Assembly: GCA_965240325.2 (NCBI GenBank)
Contig: OZ251237.1
Coordinates: 1,178,001 to 1,242,000, forward strand
DNA length: 64,000 nucleotides
Origin: Rebecca billardiae RCC1528
Taxonomy: Eukaryota > Protista > Haptophyta
Reading direction: 5' to 3'
Shown here piece after piece: positions 21,901 through 32,055 of the stretch (position 1 is the stretch's first letter; the number at the start of each line of letters is the position of its first letter). A program made the position numbers and the translations under genes. The notes below the pieces were generated by a model that saw only the letters and a program-made list of their open reading frames with translations, did not search any database and was not told the DNA's origin.

Positions 21901-23351
21901 GCGTGCGTGCGCGTGCGCGTGTGTGCGGTCGTGCGCGTGTGCGCGCGTGCGCGCGCGCGCGGCCGCCGCCATGCCTGGCCCCTTCGCCTCGACTCTCACC
22001 TTTGCCCCTCCCCTCCCCCGCCCCCGCGCCGCCGCCGCCGCCGCTCAGGTACGAAGCGATGCTGCGGAAGGCGCAGGCGCAGGGCATCGTCGAGCGCTGG
22101 TCCGACATGTACGACCACTTCCGGGACGCGACCGAGCCGACCAGCCTCCCGCTCTTCTCGGGCGACTACTGGGTGGAGGCGCTCGCGCGGCACGCGGCGC
22201 ACGTGTGCCGCTCCGAGTTCAAGGGCGGCAAGCGCGGCGACAAGGAGAAGGGGGCCAAGGCGGGCAGCGCCGACGGCAAGGGCGGCGCGAAGGCCAAGGG
22301 CAACGACGGCGCCAAGCCCGTGCCCAGCTGCCTCGCCTCCGTCGTCGCGGCCGACACGCCGCCGCACACGCCTGTCCCGCTCTCGCGCGCCGTCTCGCTC
22401 ACACCGTCCATCTCGCGCGCCGTCTCGCTCACGCCTTCCATCTTTGGAGCGGGCGTGGGCGCGCCCGTGTCCTCGTCGGGCGCAAAGCTGCTCCACCAGA
22501 TCAAGGAGGAGATGCGCGCGATGCGCAACCACTTCATCGTGCTCACCTTCGCCAAGCCCGCGGCGCGCGCGCCCGCGAGCGACGAGGCCGCGCCGCGCGC
22601 GCCGACGCCCGCCGCCGCCGCGGCCGCGCCCGCGGCGGACGGCGGCGGCGGCTGGCTCCAGCTGGGCGCGGACTTGTCGGAGGCGTCGACGGGCTCGTCC
22701 GCCTTCAGCTCGCGCATGGCGCTGCTCTCGCTGTGCAAGACGCACCACTGGCAGTTCGACGAGCTGCGCTTCGCGCAGTACTCGTCGCGCATGCTGCTGC
22801 ACGTGCTCACGCACTCGCTCTGCTTCAGGCCGGACATGCAGAGCAACTACGTCGCCGGGCACGACTGCGATCCTGTCGTGGACATGGACGACGGCGCGGC
22901 GGCGGCCGAGGCGCCGCCCGCCGCGGACGACGGCAGCGGCGTCAAGCTGGAGGAGGCGCGGCCGGCGGACGGCGCGGCGGACGCGCCCGGCGCCCCCGCC
23001 GGTGCCGCGCCGAACCCCGCGCCGGAGGGCGGCGCGGCCGGCGCGCCCGCCTCGGCCGAGCGCTCGCTCTCGCCGGGGCCGACGACGGAGACGGCGGCGG
23101 ACGCGGACGATGCGACCGAGCCGACCGAGCGCTCGCGCAGTGCCACCAACTCGGGGGTGGACTCGGCGCACGCCGACGCGGCGGAGGCGGCGGAGACGGG
23201 TGCCGACGCGCTGGGCGCGCCCGCGCGCGCGGCCAAGCGCGCGCGCGCAACCCCGCAGCCGCCCCAGCCGTCGGCGGTGCCGCCAGCGGATCCTCTCCCG
23301 CCCGCGGCGGAGGGGCAGGGCGCGGCGACGGCGCCCATGGAGCTTGTATGA
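16122..23351 (+). CDS. CBP/p300-family (KAT11) histone acetyltransferase; introns 20905-21104 and 21841-22048
   Basis: TAZ-like Zn finger (LHAVAC...CPVPRC..MK...LHSKHCRDPYC), Cys-rich RING/PHD region (WVQCG|GCGAWNHWVCALF), KAT11 motifs FAMYVQEY, SYIDSV, RSTVYH, AHIWVSPPKPGDDFIFHCHP, LKAW|YEAML, PLFSGDYW, LCKTHHWQFDELR; ~1000-aa Ala/Pro N-terminus. Confidence 0.9.
17874..17981 (+). repeat. Coding 12-bp tandem repeat (GTGCCCGCCGCG)x9 encoding (VPAA)9
   Basis: Nine perfect units. Confidence 0.95.
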
Positions 23352-25649
23352 TGCATGGCCAGTGACATGATTCACCACGGAACGGTCTTGATTGATGACG
23401 TGATGCGTGATGCTGCCCAGTGCCTGCACGGCAGTGCACACCACTGAAGCCTGCCTCAGTCTGCCTGATGACTGCTGAGACGAATATAAATAATAAATAC
23501 GGAATAAAGCGCGACGCCCGGCTGGGCGGCTGAGCACTCAGAATATATATATATAGCAGAATCCAGCAGCGCGCTTTTAAATATTATTATGGCAGTGTCA
23601 GACGACGACATTATTATTATTTATGATAATATCATTATTTTGTTATCGCGAGCCCCGCTCGCATTGGTTGTTCTGTAAGAACAAGCATGCGAGCGGAGCG
23701 AGTTTTCCGGTAGGACACGCGAAGTCCGGTGATTCTTACAAAGTTGATGGCCTTCCAATAGGTATCCCGAGGAATACAGTTTAGTCAGATCCCAATTGGG
23801 GCCAACGGTTTTTTCGTGCAATCTGTCAGCAGTCGACTCCCCCAGCTACGTCCGCGGTAACAGCAAGAAATGTGATGATGATGATGATTCAAGGGATGGA
23901 GTAGCTACTGTACGGTCAGGGGCTGCCTTGGTGCGGTACCGCTTACATGTGTACTGGGCACAAACTGATCAAGTTCTGAACCGATGATGAACCAAAAGGA
24001 CCATCTTTGGATGAACAGCTTGCTGATGACACACGGAAGCCGATGATGAATCATGGCAGTACCGCTTACATGTACTGGGCACCAACTGATCAAGTTCTGA
24101 ACCGATGATGAACAGCTGCTGATGATGAACACACGGAAGCCGATGAATCATGAAAGGCGAAAGCGACTAATAAGCGAGCCTCCCCGTATGCTTCCAACCG
24201 GTTCCTCCCGGTTTAGCTTGGAAACCGGTCAACATGAAGCTGGAGAGAGCAAGGACCAGTGAAGGTGCTTCACACTGCTTTCAGCTTCCTCTCGGTTGCT
24301 TCCGGTTCCTCACGGTTCGGCAAGAGAGCAAGGACCGCCTTGCCACGAAGGTGCTTCAGCCTCCTCCGGTTGCTCGCTCCCTTCATGAGATCGGTGCGCA
24401 GTGATGATGAGCTGGAGTGATGAATGAGCTGAGGAAGCCGGACAACACCAAACAAGCAGTGCCGGACCGCCCCGGGCCGGGATGCGGGATCGCGGGCGCC
24501 CTCGCCAAAGGCGCGCGCTCCTTGCGGCCGCGGATCTCCCAGTGGATGCGGCGCGTGGTCGGCTCGCACTACGGCTACATCGCCCGCTGGCAATGCCCGC
24601 GTCGCGTCGCGCAAGGCACGTGCACGCTCGGCTGAGAGCTATGCCGAGCTTGCGGTTTGGCGGCGCACGCGTGCACGGCGGCCAAGGCGCGAGACAGGCG
24701 AAGCTAGGCAAGGCGCGCGCCGCGCTGCGGCGCGCGAGGCCATCGACAAGCCGCGAGCCCGCGCCGGATCGCTCGGCGTGCGCGGCAGCGGCCGCACGAG
24801 CCCACGCCGTGCACGCCCCGAGCGGCCCGCCACAGCGGCAGCGGCCCCGCACGCCGCGCCGCCGCAAAAAATCGGTGCTGAAGTTCCGGCGCCGGACTCC
24901 GCTGGAGTCGGCGACCCTGACCACCCTTGGCCTCCCCGTATGCTTCGGTTCCTCCCGGTTGCTTGGAAACCGGTCAACATGAAGCTGGAGAGAGCAAGGA
25001 CCAGTGAAGGTGCTTTACACTGCTTTCAGCTTCCTCTCGGTTGCTTCCGGTTCCTCACGGTTCGGCAAGAGAGCAAGGACCCATGACTAGGTGCTTCAGC
25101 TTCGTCCTCCGTTGCTCGCTCCCTTCAAGAGATCGGTGCACAGTGATCGGTGAAGGAGTGAGGACTGTGATGATGTCATGATGCTGAGGAAGCCGGACAA
25201 ACACCAAGCAAAGTTAAAGTGCCGGACCGCCCCGCCGGCGGTGCGGAAGCACTGCGCGCAGGCGGGTCTACGATGCTTCGCCCTCGCCAAGGCGCGCGCT
25301 TCTTGCGGCCGCAGATCTCCCAGTGGATGCGGCGCGTGGTCGGTGCCAAGGCGCATGCGGAATAGTGTGTGCCCCTCGTACCTGAACCTCACCCCGGCTG
25401 CTCGCCGGACCCAGCGCCATGACCGCTGCGCGCACCGCGTGCGCGTGCGGCTCGCAGTCGCGGACGCTTCGTCCGCAAACCGCGGGCGGTCAGAAGGATG
25501 CAGCAGCTTCGGGAGGTGCCGCATCGGAGTGCCTGCTGCTTCGAGCTGCTGCTTCTTGCTTCTCCCACCACCTGCGAGCACTCCCACCACCTGCGCGCTT
25601 GCTTCTGCTTGCTTCTCCCACCACCTGCGCGCTTGTTTCTTGCGTGCAC

Positions 25650-26315
25650 TGCAGTACGGCATACCATGCACGCAGCAGTACCGCCATACCATGCGCACAG
25701 CAGTGCCATACCATGCGCGCAGCAGTACCGCCAGTACCATACCATCATGCGTGCAGCAGTACCATACCATGCACGCGGCAGTACCATACCATGCGCGCAG
25801 CAGCAGTACATACCTGATCATGCGTGCAGCAGAGTACCATACTACCATGCGCACAGCAGTACCATACCATGCGCGCAGCAGTACCATACCATCATGCACG
25901 CAGCAGTACCATACCATGCGCGCAGCAGTAGGCCATAACATAGACCATGCAGTACCATACCATGCGTCACGCAATCGCATCAGTACTCCACACTAGCTAC
26001 AGTGCGCGCAGCAGTACCCACCATACCATGCGCGCAGCAGTACTGCATACCATGCGAGCAGCAGTACCATACCATTACGGCCATCATGCGTACTACATGC
26101 ATGCAGCAGTACCATACCATGCGCTCAGCAGTACCGCATACTACCATGCGCGCAGCAGTACCAGTTACAGTACCAATCATGAATGCGTGCACTCAGTACC
26201 ATACCATGCGACCATGTGAGTGCCATACCACGAGCCCAGCAGTACCATACCATGCGCGCAGCACGGTACCGCCAGTACTCTGTCACTACTGGTACCATCA
26301 TGCATGCAGCAGTAT
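25650..26315 (+). repeat. Degenerate ~22-25-bp minisatellite, consensus CAGCAGTACCATACCATGCGCG
   Basis: Many adjacent degenerate units. Confidence 0.9.
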
Positions 26316-28059
26316 TGATGAAGTCGTGGTGGCCTGTTTACAGCCTGTTATGTGGCGCGCGGCGCTGACTGGTCACAGAGCTGTAGGCCAGCGGGGCGAA
26401 CCAAAAGGACCATCTTTGGATGAACAGCTTGCTGATGACACACGGAAGCCGATGATGAATCATGGCAGTACCGCTTACATGTACTGGGCACCAACTGATC
26501 AAGTTCTGAACCGATGATGAACAGCTGCTGATGATGAACACACGGAAGCCGATGAATCATGAAAGGCGAAAGCGACTAATAAGCGAGCCTCCCCGTATGC
26601 TTCCAACCGGTTCCTCCCGGTTTAGCTTGGAAACCGGTCAACATGAAGCTGGAGAGAGCAAGGACCAGTGAAGGTGCTTCACACTGCTTTCAGCTTCCTC
26701 TCGGTTGCTTCCGGTTCCTCACGGTTCGGCAAGAGAGCAAGGACCGCCTTGCCACGAAGGTGCTTCAGCCTCCTCCGGTTGCTCGCTCCCTTCATGAGAT
26801 CGGTGCGCAGTGATGATGAGCTGGAGTGATGAATGAGCTGAGGAAGCCGGACAACACCAAACAAGCAGTGCCGGACCGCCCCGGGCCGGGATGCGGGATC
26901 GCGGGCGCCCTCGCCAAAGGCGCGCGCTCCTTGCGGCCGCGGATCTCCCAGTGGATGCGGCGCGTGGTCGGCTCGCACTACGGCTACATCGCCCGCTGGC
27001 AATGCCCGCGTCGCGTCGCGCAAGGCACGTGCACGCTCGGCTGAGAGCTATGCCGAGCTTGCGGTTTGGCGGCGCACGCGTGCACGGCGGCCAAGGCGCG
27101 AGACAGGCGAAGCTAGGCAAGGCGCGCGCCGCGCTGCGGCGCGCGAGGCCATCGACAAGCCGCGAGCCCGCGCCGGATCGCTCGGCGTGCGCGGCAGCGG
27201 CCGCACGAGCCCACGCCGTGCACGCCCCGAGCGGCCCGCCACAGCGGCAGCGGCCCCGCACGCCGCGCCGCCGCAAAAAATCGGTGCTGAAGTTCCGGCG
27301 CCGGACTCCGCTGGAGTCGGCGACCCTGACCACCCTTGGCCTCCCCGTATGCTTCGGTTCCTCCCGGTTGCTTGGAAACCGGTCAACAGAAGCTGGAGAG
27401 AGCAAGGACCAGTGAAGGTGCTTTACACTGCTTTCAGCTTCCTCTCGGTTGCTTCCGGTTCCTCACGGTTCGGCAAGAGAGCAAGGACCCATGACTAGGT
27501 GCTTCAGCTTCGTCCTCCGTTGCTCGCTCCCTTCAAGAGATCGGTGCACAGTGATCGGTGAAGGAGTGAGGACTGTGATGATGTCATGATGCTGAGGAAG
27601 CCGGACAAACACCAAGCAAAGTTAAAGTGCCGGACCGCCCCGGCCGGCGGTGCGGAAGCACTGCGCGCAGGCGGGTCTACGATGCTTCGCCCTCGCCAAG
27701 GCGCGCGCTTCTTGCGGCCGCAGATCTCCCAGTGGATGCGGCGCGTGGTCGGTGCCAAGGCGCATGCGGAATAGTGTGTGCCCCTCGTACCTGAACCTCA
27801 CCCCGGCTGCTCGCCGGACCCAGCGCCATGACCGCTGCGCGCACCGCGTGCGCGTGCGGCTCGCAGTCGCGGACGCTTCGTCCGCAAACCGCGGGCGGTC
27901 AGAAGGATGCAGCAGCTTCGGGAGGTGCCGCATCGGAGTGCCTGCTGCTTCGAGCTGCTGCTTCTTGCTTCTCCCACCACCTGCGAGCACTCCCACCACC
28001 TGCGCGCTTGCTTCTGCTTGCTTCTCCCACCACCTGCGCGCTTGTTTCTTGCGTGCACT

Positions 28060-28390
28060 GCAGTACGGCATACCATGCACGCAGCAGTACCGCCATACCA
28101 TGCGCACAGCAGTGCCATACCATGCGCGCAGCAGTACCGCCAGTACCATACCATCATGCGTGCAGCAGTACCATACCATGCACGCGGCAGTACCATACCA
28201 TGCGCGCAGCAGCAGTACATACCTGATCATGCGTGCAGCAGAGTACCATACTACCATGCGCACAGCAGTACCATACCATGCGCGCAGCAGTACCATACCA
28301 TCATGCACGCAGCAGTACCATACCATGCGCGCAGCACGGTACCGCCAGTACTCTGTCACTACTGGTACCATCATGCGTGCAGCAGTATTG
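28060..28390 (+). repeat. Second, shorter copy of the CAGCAGTACCATACCATGCGCG minisatellite
   Basis: Same units as 25650-26315 within duplicate copy 2. Confidence 0.9.
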
Positions 28391-28535
28391 ATGAAGTCGT
28401 GGTGGCCTGTTATGTGGCGCGCGGCGCTGACTGGTCACAGAGCTGTAGGCCAGCGGGGCGAGCCCTGCATTCCGGTAGGACCGGGGTGAATGCAGCATTG
28501 CCGGGTGCAACCCGGCAATGCCCGCCTGAATGGTA

Positions 28536-29343
<808 letters not shown>

Positions 29344-29950
29344 TTTAGCCAGTGGCACCGCACAGCGCACTGTTATAGTGACTGCTGTTAGTGTTACCCG
29401 GCACGGCACCGCTCACGAGTCACGCTGGCAGTGGCCGCACCCCCACTCTGCAGTCTGCACTCACCCCAGAGTTTGCCGCAGTCCGCGGCCCGGACGGTCC
29501 GCTGAGAGACTCTACTCAGAGACCTTCGGAGACGATTCCGTCGAACGGAGACTGCCCGTCGAGGTCGGGCGACGACGTCGTGATGTCGAGCAGATCGCGT
29601 AGTCCATGACTATAGTCGTATGATATACTGGCACTGATGGATGGACAGCCGCCGGGCGCCGGCCCCGCCGCGGTCGCGGCTGGCCAGATCGGTCCCGGTC
29701 GCCGACGGGCTTCCGCGATCTTGGCCTTGGGCAATTGGCCGCACTGAGAATTCGAAATGGTGCTGCCGCTGGCAGGCGCCGGTCGGCGGTCACGCAGCGG
29801 CCGCCGAATCATGTTGACTCTCCACAGAGCACCCGCAGCGGCTCTGCCAGACCGCGCCGCCCTGAATGAATATACCACCATCCTCGTCCTCGCAGCGCAG
29901 CTGTGCCATGTCGCGTGCAGCGCACGCACCGAGTGCGCGCGTGTGGTGGC

Positions 29951-30406
29951 TCAGAGCTTTTGGTCGGGGAGGCCGCTGAAGTCGAACAGATAGTTCTTAT
30001 CCTGCCCCATCTCCGCGATCGTGGCGACGACGGCGAAGACGGTGCTCATGGCGATTGTCGCGCGCAAGTTGCCGTGGGCGAACGAGCCCATGAACGCACC
30101 GGAGAGGGCACCAGCGGTCACTGGCGCCCAGACATCGAGCCGGCCTCGGGCGTTCTTGACCGTCGCACGGGTACCCCCGTAGATGGCGAAGCCCGCGCCG
30201 AACAGCCCGGCATGCTTCCCGACGTTGGCCATGGTCCGCGACAGCGACTGCGCCGAGTTGGTGGTCAGGTCCTTGCTGAAGGCGCTCCCGACCGCGCCGT
30301 AGACGCCACCCATGGCGCCTCCGCCGGCGCCGGAGACGACAGTCTGGTAGAGCGCCCCCTGCGTCTCGGGGTCTGGCTCAAGCTGCACCAGACGCGCGAT
30401 GGACAT
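29951..30406 (-). CDS. Tim17/Tim22/Tim23 (PRAT) family membrane protein (Tim22/OEP16/NDUFA11-like)
   Basis: Gly-zipper helix GAGGGAMGGVYG, then AGLFGAGFAIYGG, ARGRLDVWAPVTAGALSGA (R.K.D.WN...AG..G PRAT motif). Confidence 0.8.
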   Translation of the reverse strand: MSIARLVQLEPDPETQGALYQTVVSGAGGGAMGGVYGAVGSAFSKDLTTNSAQSLSRTMANVGKHAGLFGAGFAIYGGTRATVKNARGRLDVWAPVTAGALSGAFMGSFAHGNLRATIAMSTVFAVVATIAEMGQDKNYLFDFSGLPDQKL

Positions 30407-30720
30407 CGCTGCCTGCGAGTCTCGCCCCCCCTCCCGACGCTGCGGTCGTCGTCGAGCTCGGCCGACGAGTTGCCTCTCCAGCCCGCCCGGACACCAGCCG
30501 GAAAGGGGGCAAAGGGCGAAAGGCCCAAGCCGGATTAGCCGGGACCTCTCCGGACGCCGCCCAGTGATACCACTGCCGCTGGCCGCCACACCTGGTCCTG
30601 GCCTCCTGCTGTATAACTACCGACACAGTGTACGGCACATCAGGACTATCGGTCTATCTAGCTACTTCTACTACGATGACTGAGACGAATAATACTTGTA
30701 GTAGCAGCTTGACAATGTAC

Positions 30721-31863
30721 CTAGTAGAAGTGCCCTACTCCGCCGCCGGTCGCATTGGCCGCGCGCGCAGCTGCGCGCTCGTCAGCCGCCGGCGCCTGCG
30801 GCCGAATGTCGAAGACGTCGTCGGCAAAGGTCTCGTGGATCTCGCACGCCACCTTGCTCGCGCGCAGCGAGTACACGCGCCAGAAGTACCCGCCCACGCC
30901 CCTGCCCACCGCGTGCAGCGTGCACGCCGGCAGCACGCCGTGCTGCTGAAAGATCGAGCCAAGCGGCATCGTGCCCGCGTCGACCGCGCGGCACCACTCG
31001 GGGTCGAGCACGTGCACGCTCGAGCGCGCGACGAGAAACGGGCGCGAGAAGATCGACATGGTCACCTCGCGCTCGTACCCGCCCAGCGCCGCCGGACGTG
31101 AGTAGTTCACACTCACAGACACCTGGTGGCCATAGTATGCACTCACGATGCGGCCAACGTTTCCGTTCGCTGTGAGCAGCAGGCGCTGCAGGGGGCTGAA
31201 GTCGGACGGTGGCAGCTCGATGCGCGTGTGCGCAGCGGCCATGATGTCACCGAAGTGCGCCGCGCCCGCAGGCGCGGACAGCCGCGAGGCGGGACGCGGA
31301 GCCACGCGCGAGGCGGGCGCGCCCTCGGCGGCAGCACTCGAGGGCGAGGGCGCGGCCTCGGCGCGCGCGCGGAAGAGGCCCGGCTCGAAGTGCTCGCGGA
31401 TCGCACAGCGCACGCCCCGGCCACTCAGCTCGTACTCGCGCTCGAACGCGCCGTCCGCACGCCGGCCCACCGCCTGCAGCTCGAAGGCTGGCAGGATCTC
31501 GAAATGTCGAAACAGCTGGCCGAGCGCGACGCCGTGCGCCTCGACGGCGTCGACGAGCTCGGGCTCGTCGAGGTGCACGGTGGAGTGGGCTGTGGCGAAG
31601 CGCACGCCGCCGAGTAGCAGCTCGACGTCACGCTCGTACTGCCCGTGCGCCAGCCGGTGATTCCGCAGAACGCGGACAGCGACCTCTGCATTGTGATAAG
31701 CGCTCACCAGCCGCTGCAGGTTGCCGTTCGCCATGAGGATGATGCGCTCCTCGGGCGTGAACTCAGCGGGGATGGGTGCTGCCGGCGTGCGGCTCGGCAT
31801 CAGGTCTGCGAACGTCGGCGCCTCCGCCGACGTTCGCGACGCCGCGCGCGGGTCGCACGACAT
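30721..31863 (-). CDS. Protein with two tandem chorismate-pyruvate-lyase-like (UbiC/DUF98 fold) domains
   Basis: Two homologous domains: FTPEERIILMANGNLQRLVSAY...YERDVEL...A.S.V...LGQLF...FEREYEL...IREHF and FSPLQRLLLTANGNVGRIVSAY...YEREVTM...ARSSV...LGSIF...FWRVYSL...IHETF. Confidence 0.65.
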   Translation of the reverse strand: MSCDPRAASRTSAEAPTFADLMPSRTPAAPIPAEFTPEERIILMANGNLQRLVSAYHNAEVAVRVLRNHRLAHGQYERDVELLLGGVRFATAHSTVHLDEPELVDAVEAHGVALGQLFRHFEILPAFELQAVGRRADGAFEREYELSGRGVRCAIREHFEPGLFRARAEAAPSPSSAAAEGAPASRVAPRPASRLSAPAGAAHFGDIMAAAHTRIELPPSDFSPLQRLLLTANGNVGRIVSAYYGHQVSVSVNYSRPAALGGYEREVTMSIFSRPFLVARSSVHVLDPEWCRAVDAGTMPLGSIFQQHGVLPACTLHAVGRGVGGYFWRVYSLRASKVACEIHETFADDVFDIRPQAPAADERAAARAANATGGGVGHFY

Positions 31864-32055
31864 GATGCCGCGGCGCGCTCCGGGCGCCACCACGAGTTTC
31901 TGATGCGCTGGGCCAAGCCCTTGGTGGGCAGTCCAAACGGACGCAGCGCCGGAGCGCCCCCACCAACCAGGCAGCGCGGCACCGGACTCTCCAGCTCGGG
32001 CTTCTGGGCCGGCCTGCCGCCTGCAGCAGCAGCTGGGCAGGCTGACGGCGGAGGC

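Larger units (their letters stand above)
23990..28461 (+). repeat. Head-to-tail tandem duplication, period 2409 bp (copy 1 ~23990-26398, copy 2 ~26399-28461, shorter in its minisatellite)
   Basis: ACCAAAAGGACCATCTTTGGATG at 23991 and 26400; identical ORFs offset by 2409 (24270/26679, 25389/27798). Confidence 0.95.
23646..28533 (+). mobile_element. Candidate non-autonomous Helitron-like (rolling-circle) element with internal tandem duplication
   Basis: Starts A|TC at 23645/23646; perfect 12-bp-stem hairpin at 28495-28521 sits 12 nt before an ATGG|T end; subterminal 5' hairpin 23655-23696; no TSD, no recognisable ORF. Confidence 0.5.

Noticed and set aside
25650-26315. CRISPR-like array
   Set aside because: Units are degenerate and adjacent with no unique spacers; no cas genes; eukaryotic context. 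It is a minisatellite.
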